Positions 10,314 to 19,851 of a DNA stretch of 64,000 bases are shown one piece after another. Location: assembly GCA_963796105.1 (NCBI GenBank), contig CAWCKJ010000002.1, forward strand, positions 384,001 to 448,000, read 5' to 3'. The notes under the pieces were generated by a model. The model was not told where the DNA came from, searched no databases, and saw only the letters and a program-made list of their open reading frames with translations. Position 1 is the stretch's first letter; the number at the start of each line of letters is the position of its first letter. The DNA comes from a candidate division FCPU426 bacterium (GTDB lineage: Bacteria; Oederibacteriota; Muellerivitia; Muellerivitales; Muellerivitaceae). A program made the translations under genes and the position numbers.

Positions 10314-11462
10314 ATGCAAAAAATGAAAGTGATCGTGGTCGGAGGGGGCCTTATCGGTCTCTCCATTGCCTGGCACCTTAAAAAACGCGGGGCGAATCCT
10401 ATCCTGCTGGATCGTCAAGCGCCAGCGAGGGAAGCCTCTATCGCCGGTGCGGGGATGCTGCCGCTCCACAGTGTCGCCTTTGATTCGCCGGCGCTCTTTG
10501 AATTGAGCCGCCTTTCCTACCGCCTCTATCCTTCCTGGGTGAAGGAGATGAAACGCGCTTCCGGACTGGACCCGGAGTGGGAGGCATCCGGCTCGATGGG
10601 CCTTTTATTCTCAAAAACCGAGGAAATGAACGCACGCGAGATCACGAAACGCCTGGTGGAGCTGGGCTTGGAAGTCCGGTGGCTGGGCGGGAGGGAAGCG
10701 CGGCGCGAGGAACCCGCCTTGCCGAAAGACATTCGAAAAGTCCTTCACCTGCCGGATACCGCCCAGATTCGTCCTTCCGCCATGTGCGAGATGACGGTGG
10801 AAGCGGTACGCAGATCGGGTGTGGCCATTCATTCCAACGACCCGGTTTTGTCACTGTTGACTCGTGCGGGAAAGGTAAGGGGAGTCAAAACTTCCCGCCG
10901 GACCATCGAGGCGGAGGCCATTGTGCTGGCGGCAGGGGCCTGGGCTCCGGAACTGCTGGATCCTCTGGGGATTGATTTGCCGGTTTACCCGATCAGGGGG
11001 CAGGTTCTCTTGCTTCAAGGACCCCCTTCCGGGATCAATCACATCCTCTTCGGGGCTGGTTTTTACCTGGTGCCCCGGAAAGGGGGAGAGCTGTACGTCG
11101 GAAGTACCATGGAAAAGGCGGGTTTTGAGCGGGCCGTAACGCCGGAAGGAATAGCGGCCTTGGCGGGCGCGGCCAAGCTCATGGCCCCGGCTTTGCCGCT
11201 GAGGGTGAGTGGTTATTTATCCGGTTTTCGCCCTGGGTCGGCGGACGGCCATCCTTTCCTTGGAAATGTGCCTGGTTTTGACGGGCTCTATGTCTCAGCC
11301 GGACACCATACTCACGGGCATTTACTAGCTCCCGCCAGTGGGCACCTGATGGCGCAATTAATAATGGATGGGAAAACAGATATGGATCTTGCGCCTTTCG
11401 CGATAGGCAGAAAACCCCATAAGCTTCAGAAACCCTGGTGGATTAAACTGGCGCAGAATTGA
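10314..11462 (+). CDS. thiO: Glycine oxidase ThiO (FAD-dependent)
   Basis: GGGLIG FAD motif, ASIAGAGML, PIRGQ, YLVPR, GFRPGS; thi cluster context. Confidence 0.85.
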   Translation: MQKMKVIVVGGGLIGLSIAWHLKKRGANPILLDRQAPAREASIAGAGMLPLHSVAFDSPALFELSRLSYRLYPSWVKEMKRASGLDPEWEASGSMGLLFSKTEEMNAREITKRLVELGLEVRWLGGREARREEPALPKDIRKVLHLPDTAQIRPSAMCEMTVEAVRRSGVAIHSNDPVLSLLTRAGKVRGVKTSRRTIEAEAIVLAAGAWAPELLDPLGIDLPVYPIRGQVLLLQGPPSGINHILFGAGFYLVPRKGGELYVGSTMEKAGFERAVTPEGIAALAGAAKLMAPALPLRVSGYLSGFRPGSADGHPFLGNVPGFDGLYVSAGHHTHGHLLAPASGHLMAQLIMDGKTDMDLAPFAIGRKPHKLQKPWWIKLAQN

Positions 11463-11504
11463 AAAGAGATTTTCGGAGAGAACGGGACGGGTGGTATTGC
11501 GGAC

Positions 11505-12662
11505 TCAATACTTGGGGACAGAGGGATCGACCTGGTTGGACCATTCCAGAATGCCTCCGGTTAAGTTCACCAACCGTTCATATCCGCTCCCCCGCAGGAA
11601 TCGGATGGCCTTTCGGCTTCGAACCCCGCTTTTACAATAAACCACGATGTCCTTTCCCTTGAAATCCTTCAACTCTCCCAGCCGGTTTGGCAATTGGGAC
11701 AGGGGGAATAGTATTGAGCCTTTGATGCGGGCGATTTCGGATTCGTTGGGTTCGCGTACGTCCAGCAAGACGAAATCCCGATTTTCTTCCATCATGGTTT
11801 TAAGCTTACGGGGCGTGATTTCGTCCCTACCCGGCGATAACCCCTGGTCCCGGTTGTCCCCCGCCTTGATCCCGCAGAACCGCTCGTAATCGATCAATTG
11901 CTTAACAGTTGGATTTGTTCCACAGACCGGGCAGGAAGGGTCCTTGCTGAGGTTCAACTCCCGGAAATCCATCCTCAACGCATGGTAAACCAAAAGTTTT
12001 CCAACCGCGGGTATTCCAATGCCGGTGATTAATTTCACGGCTTCCAGGGCCTGCAGGGAGCCGATGATGCCGGCCATGGCTCCAATGACACCCCCTTCGG
12101 CGCAGGATGGAACCGCTTCCGGCGGTGGCGGCTCGGGATAAAGACAGCGGTAACAGGGGCCCTCGGGCGTCTTGAATACCGATACTTGTCCCTCGAATTG
12201 GAATAGGGAACCGTAAATGTTCGGCTTTCCCTGGAAGAATGCCGCGTCGTTGGTCAAGTACCGGGTGGGGAAATTGTCCGTCGCATCGATGATGAGATCG
12301 TACGGCTCCAGAATGGACAGGACGTTGCCGCTCTTGAGGGCCACAGGATATGTGTCAATCCTCACCCCAGGATTCAAGGACTTCAACCTTTCGGCTGCGG
12401 CTTCGACTTTTAGCATTCCCACGTCCACGGAGGTGAAAAGGATTTGACGCTGGAGATTCGAGGAATCCACCTTGTCAAAATCCACCAGCCCGATCCGGCC
12501 CACGCCCGCGGCGGCAAGGTAAAGGGCTACCGGGCAGCCCAGACCACCCACCCCCACAACCAAGACCTTGGCCCCGATGAGTTTTTGCTGGCCAGCCAGG
12601 CCAATTCCTGGCAGGAGTATATGGCGGGAATAGCGTTTAATTTGTTCCTGGTTTAAATGCAT
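11505..12662 (-). CDS. moeB: MoeB/ThiF-family adenylyltransferase fused to a rhodanese domain (MoeZ-like)
   Basis: RYSRHI, GVGGLG, SNLQRQ, CYRC and CPVC Zn motifs; C-terminal DVRE...YCKSGVRS rhodanese. Confidence 0.9.
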   Translation of the reverse strand: MHLNQEQIKRYSRHILLPGIGLAGQQKLIGAKVLVVGVGGLGCPVALYLAAAGVGRIGLVDFDKVDSSNLQRQILFTSVDVGMLKVEAAAERLKSLNPGVRIDTYPVALKSGNVLSILEPYDLIIDATDNFPTRYLTNDAAFFQGKPNIYGSLFQFEGQVSVFKTPEGPCYRCLYPEPPPPEAVPSCAEGGVIGAMAGIIGSLQALEAVKLITGIGIPAVGKLLVYHALRMDFRELNLSKDPSCPVCGTNPTVKQLIDYERFCGIKAGDNRDQGLSPGRDEITPRKLKTMMEENRDFVLLDVREPNESEIARIKGSILFPLSQLPNRLGELKDFKGKDIVVYCKSGVRSRKAIRFLRGSGYERLVNLTGGILEWSNQVDPSVPKY

Positions 12663-12991
12663 TTATCTTTTCGTGTAAAAATTGGAAAACGGAGAGTCGA
12701 ACTCTAAAAAGTATGATCATCATAGGAATTGGCAATCGTGGAAAGCAACCCTACCGGTTTGAACTTAGGAAGGGGTCGGGAACATTCTTTGAGGTTAAAA
12801 CCGAAAGTTCGAGAATTTCAGTATTGGATATTAAGCATGAAGGTTTCATTCATGGAGAAGCGGTGCCCAGTTGTATTAATCGCAGGTAAAATCGTAATTT
12901 CCCATAAGAAATAGAGCCTTTTGATGATTTGCCAGCTTTGTAATATGGGTTTGATTGCGATATTATCTTTACCATATAAGAAAGGAAAGTC

Positions 12992-13285
12992 TTGAACCTG
13001 AGAAATTTCAAATTTCACCCAAAATCCTCTGACCATCTTTCCAACCGTGTTTGGTTGGTATTTTATTTTCTTTTATCGTCATTCATAATTAATACCGGGG
13101 CGAATGCCCAAACCGCTAATGGCTCCAATCCCGTTGTAACCATTTTAAATTCCAGCCTTAGCAGTCCGACCGAACCGGTCACGGTTGTCATCAATTATTG
13201 CCCCACGGCTTACACCGATACTTACATGGCCATGGTGGTCAATAACACCGCGACTGAACAGAGTGTTAGACTCGTAAAATTCTAA
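12992..13285 (+). pseudogene. Probable 5' fragment of a secreted protein
   Basis: TTG start with purine-rich RBS, signal peptide ending ANA|Q, about 50 aa of beta-rich mature sequence, then an abrupt stop. Confidence 0.4.
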
Positions 13286-13382
13286 TCTTTCCAAGATAGC
13301 TGTTTGAGGATTGACTAACCACGAGGGATGTTCATACCAAATGCGGACCCGGGCCAAAAAACAAACGTTGTCAAGAAAAGGG

Positions 13383-14318
13383 ATGTGGAAAACATATTGG
13401 GTTTCCGCCATCCTTCTGATGGCGGGTGTTTCCGGCGTCCAAGCCCAGTACAACGTCGGGGACCCCGTGACTTTTTACGTCACCTATGGAAACCCGGCCG
13501 GAAGCATCACTTGGGGCCAGACTAAAATCGTGGACACCCTGCCCGCTGACTTGACTTATGTTTCCTGTTCGGGCGCCCCATGCTCGCTGGTCTCGGGAAT
13601 GGTGGTCTGGAATTTGGGGAATGTGCCGTCGCCTAGTTCCGGGGTGGTCACGGTTGTTTCCTATGTCAGCTATTGCTCGGTCAACTCGTTCACGGACCAG
13701 GCGGCCATCGTCATCGGCTCACCCGCAACGGTGATCCAGACGAACGCCATCACCTATACGGTGAACTGCTTGACCGATACCCCGACCTCGACCCCGACGG
13801 ACACACCTACCCGAACCGATACTCCGACCCCCACCCCGACATTCACATTCACATATACCCCCACGCTCACCCCTACGGGAACGCCTACCTTCACCCCGAC
13901 CGTGACATGGACTCCCACGAATACTTTTACCCCGACTGAAACTTGGACCCCCACTGTTACCTTCACCCCGACTCAAACCAACACTCCCACTAATACTTTC
14001 ACGCCTACAAATACCTTCACCATTACCCCGACATTCACCCCTACCTGCGCCGCTCATGTCTGGCCGGATCCCTTCAATCCCAAAACAGCGGTAGGGGGAG
14101 TGATGAAGGTCAACTGCGTTCCCCCTGGCTCGGTGGTTTCCTTTTACACGGTTTCAGGGGAACTGGTGAATACATCCCGAGGAAATGGGGACGTGGCCGT
14201 TTGGGATGGGCGCAACCAATACGGAAGCTGGGCGTCTTCGGGGATTTACTATTACTTAATCGATACCGGCGGAAAGGCTTGGGCCGCCGGCAAGTTCATA
14301 TTAATCAGGGGGGATTAA
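13383..14318 (+). CDS. Secreted protein: DUF11-like domain, Thr/Pro stalk, FlgD-Ig/T9SS-like C-terminal domain
   Basis: Signal peptide [16 protein letters not shown]...[13 protein letters not shown]...VVWNLG; C-terminal WPDPFNP...WDGRN...SGIYYY; start could also be 13341. Confidence 0.75.
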   Translation: MWKTYWVSAILLMAGVSGVQAQYNVGDPVTFYVTYGNPAGSITWGQTKIVDTLPADLTYVSCSGAPCSLVSGMVVWNLGNVPSPSSGVVTVVSYVSYCSVNSFTDQAAIVIGSPATVIQTNAITYTVNCLTDTPTSTPTDTPTRTDTPTPTPTFTFTYTPTLTPTGTPTFTPTVTWTPTNTFTPTETWTPTVTFTPTQTNTPTNTFTPTNTFTITPTFTPTCAAHVWPDPFNPKTAVGGVMKVNCVPPGSVVSFYTVSGELVNTSRGNGDVAVWDGRNQYGSWASSGIYYYLIDTGGKAWAAGKFILIRGD

Positions 14319-14372
14319 AAACTGGTTTTGGGTCAAAAGGACTTCGTATTATCCGTGATTTTCAATGATGGC

Positions 14373-14513
14373 TTAGAACAAGAAGTAGGAAAGGACGATC
14401 AGGACCCCGCCCCAAACCATCATGCTGACATTCTGGGTTTTCTTTCCCCGGTAAAGCATGTACATGCCGATCGTTCCCATGACGAAGCTTCCGAGTATTT
14501 TAAACATCGACAT
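14373..14513 (-). CDS. 46-aa two-helix small membrane protein (not in ORF track)
   Basis: MSMFKILGSFVMGTIGMYMLYRGKKTQNVSMMVWGGVLIVLSYFLF; GAGGA RBS; starts 21 bp after the PBP stop. Confidence 0.7.
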   Translation of the reverse strand: MSMFKILGSFVMGTIGMYMLYRGKKTQNVSMMVWGGVLIVLSYFLF

Positions 14514-14534
14514 AATTATTCCTCGATTGCGATG

Positions 14535-16361
14535 TTATTTCTTGCTGGAGTCCGATGTCAAATCGATGAAATCCATGATGCCCTCAAAGACTTTCCGGGC
14601 GATGGGAGCCGCCACGTCCTTGCCGGTCCCGCCGTTCTCGGCCAGGATGGCCATGGCGATCTTCGGGTTCTCCACGGGAGCGAAACAGATGAACCAGGCG
14701 TGGAAATTGGGGTCGCGGCTTCCGGAGGTCCCGGTTTTTCCTGCGATCTTGATGCCCTTGACTCGCGCCTTGACCCCGATGCCCCTCTCCACGTCGTTGT
14801 ACATCATGGTGGTGAGGAATTGCGCGGTCTGGCGGGTGATGGTGTTCTTGTAAAGTGAAGGCTTTCCTTCCTCCAAGACCTTTCCGTTGATATTGGTCAA
14901 TTTATCCACAAGGTAGGGAGACATCATCACTCCATCGTCGGCGATGGCGGAGGCTATGAGGGCGGCGTTGAAGGGTGTGATACGGAATGCTTTTCCTAAT
15001 CCCGTGGCTGTTTCTGCCAGTTCATAGCGGGTCAAGCCCAGCTTGGGGGAGGTGCTCGTGGCCATGGGAAGGTTGATGGTCTTGGGGACGGAGTTGAAAC
15101 CAAAGCGGTTGTTGAACTCGAAAAGCGCGTCCTCGCCCAGCTCGGCCCCCAACTTCGCATAGGACATGTTGCAGGAGGCGTCAAAGGCTTCCTCCAGGCT
15201 CTTCACGGTCTTGTGCTTGTGCCAGTCGTAGAATATCTGGCCATCAATGTATGTGAAACCCTTGCAGTAAAGGGGGAAGACCTTGTTGAGGTCGATGTTT
15301 TTTTCCAAGGCTGCGGCCGAGCTGATGATCTTGACGATGGAGCCTGGTTCGTACAGGCTCTCGAAAGCGCGGTTTTTCAAGGGATAGTTCTTGTTATCAA
15401 TGTACTGCCACCACTCGTCGTGGACCTTCTCGGGCGTAAAGGTTGGCTGGGAGATACATCCGAGAATCTCGCCAGTCTTGGGGTTCAATACCACGATAGC
15501 GCCTTTTTGCCAGCCCATCGCCTTGGAAAGAATCCTTTGGATCCTGCTGTCCAAGGTCAGGTAAAGCTTGTTGCCGGGGAAATAATCGTGATAAAGCTTC
15601 TCCAGGCCCGAGCTCCCGCGGTTGTTCACGGTTTGGTTGTCCCGATAACCGATTAAATGGGCGAATTCCTTCCCAAAGGGATAACCGCTCTCGTTGTTCT
15701 TCGTCCATTGAAGCGCCAGGGGCACCCCGTTGCGGTCGAAGATGTAATAGATGTTGCCCCGGTCCTTTTCCTCCCGGGCCTGCTCCAGCAAAGCCTGCAT
15801 TTTCTTGTTCTTGGGATCGTAAACGAGGGCCTGCTCGTAATATTTCTCGCCCTTCGTCACCTGGCCCAACGCGCGCTCGGTGGTCCCGAGTGCGATGAAA
15901 ACATCCGGATTGTCCTTTTGAAGCTCCAAGGCATGCTGAAGCTCCACTTCCGCCAGGTTGTACTTGCCCTCATCGATGAAATACTGGCCAGTTTTCAAGT
16001 GGTTGAAGCGGCGGCTGTAGGTCAGGCCTTGCTTCAGGGCCTGGTCGTAAAGGTCCCTGGCCTTGTCGAGGTTGCCGGCCTTGATTTCCACCAGCCCTAG
16101 GCCGTCGATGGCCTTGGCGTTGCCGGGATTGCGGCTCAAGACCTTGTTGAACTCCATCCGGGCCAGTTCCAGGTTGCCGTTGCGCCAGTATTTAATTCCT
16201 TTCAGGAAGTTGTACTGGTTCATGAGGACGGTTTTGGAGGTCACGATTCCGGCGAAGACGAGAAGGAAAAAAATTACCGTCCTGAAAGAGGGAAGCTTGG
16301 ACCGGCGTTTCCGGGACATGGACATGGAACCATAGCGTTGAAAAGGGTCGATCAGGGCCAT
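14535..16361 (-). CDS. Class B penicillin-binding transpeptidase (PbpA-like) with N-terminal TPR domain
   Basis: SxxK (PGSIVK), SxN (SCN) and KTG motifs; TM anchor followed by TPR-like helices; AAGGAG RBS before ATG 16361. Confidence 0.85.
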   Translation of the reverse strand: MALIDPFQRYGSMSMSRKRRSKLPSFRTVIFFLLVFAGIVTSKTVLMNQYNFLKGIKYWRNGNLELARMEFNKVLSRNPGNAKAIDGLGLVEIKAGNLDKARDLYDQALKQGLTYSRRFNHLKTGQYFIDEGKYNLAEVELQHALELQKDNPDVFIALGTTERALGQVTKGEKYYEQALVYDPKNKKMQALLEQAREEKDRGNIYYIFDRNGVPLALQWTKNNESGYPFGKEFAHLIGYRDNQTVNNRGSSGLEKLYHDYFPGNKLYLTLDSRIQRILSKAMGWQKGAIVVLNPKTGEILGCISQPTFTPEKVHDEWWQYIDNKNYPLKNRAFESLYEPGSIVKIISSAAALEKNIDLNKVFPLYCKGFTYIDGQIFYDWHKHKTVKSLEEAFDASCNMSYAKLGAELGEDALFEFNNRFGFNSVPKTINLPMATSTSPKLGLTRYELAETATGLGKAFRITPFNAALIASAIADDGVMMSPYLVDKLTNINGKVLEEGKPSLYKNTITRQTAQFLTTMMYNDVERGIGVKARVKGIKIAGKTGTSGSRDPNFHAWFICFAPVENPKIAMAILAENGGTGKDVAAPIARKVFEGIMDFIDLTSDSSKK

Positions 16362-16534
16362 GAAATTACTCTCCTTAGGGAATCCAGCCATTTTAGTGGG
16401 ATTGAAAAAGGAATAAAGGGAAAAAAGGAATCCGCCGAAATAGGGGTTCGAATCAGTTGCCGGAAGGACCGGGAGAACGTTAAGATAACCCGCGATTAAG
16501 ACGAATGCCCGTGATATCGGCTTCAAGGAAGGTT

Positions 16535-17770
16535 ATGGCTCCCCTAGAAATTTCCATCCTGGCCCTGATTTTAATCCTGCTGATCCTGGTGGTATTCCTC
16601 CAGTTGCGCCATTCCAAGAACCAGTCGCCGAACTCTTTGGACGGGCTCCTCTCCCAGTTGGGCCAAAACCTTGACCGGCTGGAGAAAATCCTGAGGGAGG
16701 AAATGGCCCGCAACCGGGAGGAAGCCGGCGCGAACGAGCGCTTGTCCCGCGAGGAGATGAACCACCAGCTCCTCGGGTTGATCCAGGCCAACGACCAAAG
16801 GCTGGAGCGAATGAGGGAAACCATCGAGAGCCGCTTAAAAGTCCTACAGGAGGACAACGGCCGGAGGCTGGAGGAGATGCGCTCGGTGGTGGATGAGAAG
16901 CTGCAATCCACCCTGGAGAAAAGGCTGAGCGAGTCCTTCAAGCAGGTGAGCGAACGCTTGGAGCAGGTTCATAAGGGCCTCGGGGAGATGCAGTCCCTGG
17001 CCTCCAGCGTCGGCGACTTGAAGAAGGTCCTGTCCAACGTGAAAACCCGCGGTACCTGGGGCGAGGTCCAACTGGGGAACCTTTTGGAGCAGGTGCTGAC
17101 CGCCGAGCAGTACGGAAAAAACATTTGCACAAAGAAGGGAAGCGAGGACCGGGTGGAATACGCCATTAGGCTTCCAGGACGGGAAAAGGGGGAGGAAATC
17201 TGGCTTCCCGTGGACGCGAAATTCCCCCAGGAGGATTACCAGAGGCTGGTGGAAGCCTACGATCAGGGGAATGCGGCGCTCGCGGAGGAAGCCTCGAAAA
17301 GCCTGGAAAACCGGATCAAGTCGGAAGCCAAGAACATCCGGGATAAATACCTTGATCCCCCCAACACCACGGATTTCGGCATCCTGTTCCTTCCCACCGA
17401 AGGCCTCTACGCGGAGGTTGTCCGCAGGACGGGCCTTCTGGACCTTCTTCAGAGGGAATACCGTGTGGTGCCAAGCGGACCCACTACCTTCGCGGCGCTC
17501 CTGAACAGCCTCCAGATCGGTTTCAAGACCCTGGCCATCGAGAAACGATCCAGCGAGGTTTGGAGCCTCCTCGGGACGGTGAAACAGGAATTCGGTAAAT
17601 TTTCTGATCTTCTTGAAAAAACCCACAAGAAGCTCCTGGAAGCCAGCCATACCATCGAGGATGCGGCGAAAAAAACCAGGACCATCGAGAGGAAACTCAA
17701 GAACGTCGAGGGTCTTCAGCCGGGGGAACAACAAGAAGCGCTTGACTCGGAAACGGACGAGGAGCCGTGA
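16535..17770 (+). CDS. rmuC: DNA recombination protein RmuC
   Basis: NVKTRGTWGEVQL, PVDAKFP, KYLDPPNTTDFGILFLPTEGLYAE. Confidence 0.95.
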   Translation: MAPLEISILALILILLILVVFLQLRHSKNQSPNSLDGLLSQLGQNLDRLEKILREEMARNREEAGANERLSREEMNHQLLGLIQANDQRLERMRETIESRLKVLQEDNGRRLEEMRSVVDEKLQSTLEKRLSESFKQVSERLEQVHKGLGEMQSLASSVGDLKKVLSNVKTRGTWGEVQLGNLLEQVLTAEQYGKNICTKKGSEDRVEYAIRLPGREKGEEIWLPVDAKFPQEDYQRLVEAYDQGNAALAEEASKSLENRIKSEAKNIRDKYLDPPNTTDFGILFLPTEGLYAEVVRRTGLLDLLQREYRVVPSGPTTFAALLNSLQIGFKTLAIEKRSSEVWSLLGTVKQEFGKFSDLLEKTHKKLLEASHTIEDAAKKTRTIERKLKNVEGLQPGEQQEALDSETDEEP

Positions 17771-19851
17771 CGGATCGTCCCTTGTTTTTCTCCGGAAACC
17801 GGCAATTGGCCCCACTGGTATTTCTTTTTTCCCTTGAATGCGCCCTGTTGGGCCTAAATCCCACCTTTTACATGGACGACAGCCCCGAGTTCACCACCTG
17901 CGCGGCATCCCTGGGCGTGGCCCATCCTCCCGGTTATCCCCTCTATATCCTGTTGGGGCGTTTGATGTCCCTGCTGCCACTGCCCATTTGTTTCGTGCAA
18001 AACCTTCTTTCGGCCCTGTTAGCCTCTTTAGTTTCCGTCTTGATCTTCCTTTTGCTGAACCGGGATTTCAAAGTCCCGGCGGTTATCAGCTTTTGTTTCG
18101 CTTTGGCTTGGATGGCGGGAATCACTTCCTATCCGGCGGCTTTGAGCTCCAAAAGGGGCGTTTATGAGCTGACGGCGGTTTTTCTCCTGGCCATTCTTTC
18201 CAGCCTCCTAAGGGGAAAGGCGGCTCAAGTGGTTTTCTTTTTCGGTCTCTCCCTGGGGAACCACTGGATGAGCATGGCCGCTTACGCGCCGGGGCTCGCC
18301 CTGCTGGCTTATCAAAGAACAACTGGAAAAATATTTACCGGCGACCCAAAGAGTTGTCCCTTGACCGTCAGGACACTAGGGAACTTTTTATTTATTTGCC
18401 TCCTAGGCCTATCTGTTTATTTATACCTGCCTTTGCGGGCTGTAAACCATCCCCTGGTCAACTGGGGCTCGCCCAGCCACTGGACCGCTTTTCACCAGCA
18501 CCTCAGCCGGCATGTGGATCAAGGGAGGGATTTGTCATCTGATCCGGGACAATGGCTCAAATATTCAGGTTTGTACCTCTTTTCATGCGTAAAGGAGTTT
18601 TCCGGATTGGGCTTGCTGGCGCTTTTGGGTTTGTTTTTCGAATGGAGAACCAACCTTTCAAGAGCCTTTGCCATGACCGCCAGCTGGGGAGGCCTGATGG
18701 CGGCTGTCAGCGTTTTCTCGAAATTCTCAAGTGAAAAGTTCTTCCTGTTCCAGGATTATTCCATCTCTTCCATGGTTTTCGTGATTCTCTTTTCGGCTCT
18801 TGGCATCAGGGGTTTATCGAGGCTTTGGGGAGAAACGAGAAACCGGAAGTTATTACTTGGAGCAGTTTTAGCGGCCTTAACCTTGGCCGGGTTATTTTTC
18901 CGGATCAATGACAGCGGCGAGGCATACTTCACCTACACATACGATCAAACCCTCAACGCCTGGAAATCCACGCCCCGAAACGCCCTATTCTTCTGCCAGG
19001 GGGACAATTATCAATTTCCCTGTTGGTACCTCCAGTGGATCGTGGGGAAAAGGCCAGACCTGGGAGTGGTTGGCTCAAGCCTGACTATGGATTGGTACCG
19101 GGAACAACTTGCGAAATCCCACCCAGACTTGAAGGTGCTTAACCCGCAATACGAACCGGATAAGATTTATGTTTTCGGGCCGCTCACACGCTGGATGGTG
19201 GAAAACAATCCGGATAAGAGTTTTTATTTCACCTATACCCCCGGGCCGGAAGAGGAGTTTTCGAATATGAATTGGGCTCCCCTGGGCCTCACCAGGGAAG
19301 GGACACCTTCCCCCCGAAAACCGGTTTTCCAGGCAGGCCTCAATGACCTTTTTTGGGACAACATCCGCTTAAGGCACGCAAGGAAGGGGACCGATCCGAT
19401 TGATCAACGCACTTGGGACAACGTCCTCTGGGATTACGGCTTTTGCCGTTATTGGCTGGCTCAATACGAGATAAAACAAGCGGGGGATTTGGAATCCATC
19501 ACCCCCATCCATGGGAAAACTAAAACTTCAGTGATGGCCAAGGGATGGTACGAAAGAAGCCTCGCGAATTTGCTTTGGACCAATGATTGGGAGCCGGGAG
19601 TCCCGGAACATTCTTTGGATGTCGGGGCCAATTACCTTTTTTTAGGGGATTTGGATCACGCCAGGGAATGGGTCCAGAAAGCCAACCAGAGGCTTCCTCG
19701 AGACGCGGAGATTTATTATGACGCTGGAGTGATGGCCTATAATTGCGGCAGTTTCTTTCCGGCGAAAAATCTGTTCTTGAAAGCGGTTGAGATGGATCCT
19801 ACTTATGACCGCCCCAGGCAGGCGCTTCACCTCCTGGAGCGGAAGCCATGA
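17767..19851 (+). CDS. DUF2723/TMEM260-like GT-C membrane glycosyltransferase with C-terminal TPR
   Basis: DDSPEF...LGVAHPPGYPLY, NHW, YLYLPLRA, NWG, GDN...FP...YLQ...RPDL motifs; GTG start overlaps the rmuC stop. Confidence 0.8.
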   Translation: MTDRPLFFSGNRQLAPLVFLFSLECALLGLNPTFYMDDSPEFTTCAASLGVAHPPGYPLYILLGRLMSLLPLPICFVQNLLSALLASLVSVLIFLLLNRDFKVPAVISFCFALAWMAGITSYPAALSSKRGVYELTAVFLLAILSSLLRGKAAQVVFFFGLSLGNHWMSMAAYAPGLALLAYQRTTGKIFTGDPKSCPLTVRTLGNFLFICLLGLSVYLYLPLRAVNHPLVNWGSPSHWTAFHQHLSRHVDQGRDLSSDPGQWLKYSGLYLFSCVKEFSGLGLLALLGLFFEWRTNLSRAFAMTASWGGLMAAVSVFSKFSSEKFFLFQDYSISSMVFVILFSALGIRGLSRLWGETRNRKLLLGAVLAALTLAGLFFRINDSGEAYFTYTYDQTLNAWKSTPRNALFFCQGDNYQFPCWYLQWIVGKRPDLGVVGSSLTMDWYREQLAKSHPDLKVLNPQYEPDKIYVFGPLTRWMVENNPDKSFYFTYTPGPEEEFSNMNWAPLGLTREGTPSPRKPVFQAGLNDLFWDNIRLRHARKGTDPIDQRTWDNVLWDYGFCRYWLAQYEIKQAGDLESITPIHGKTKTSVMAKGWYERSLANLLWTNDWEPGVPEHSLDVGANYLFLGDLDHAREWVQKANQRLPRDAEIYYDAGVMAYNCGSFFPAKNLFLKAVEMDPTYDRPRQALHLLERKP

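Noticed and set aside
13265..13271. Integron attC core sites (GTTRRRY-like, also near 59680)
   Set aside because: No matching inverse core with an attC-like stem and no integrase; 7-mers are expected by chance
16844..17815. 323-aa minus-strand ORF and similar long overlapping ORFs (1894-2820, 3205-3903, 20817-21569, 56357-57019)
   Set aside because: They overlap well-supported genes in GC-rich DNA and have no recognisable motifs
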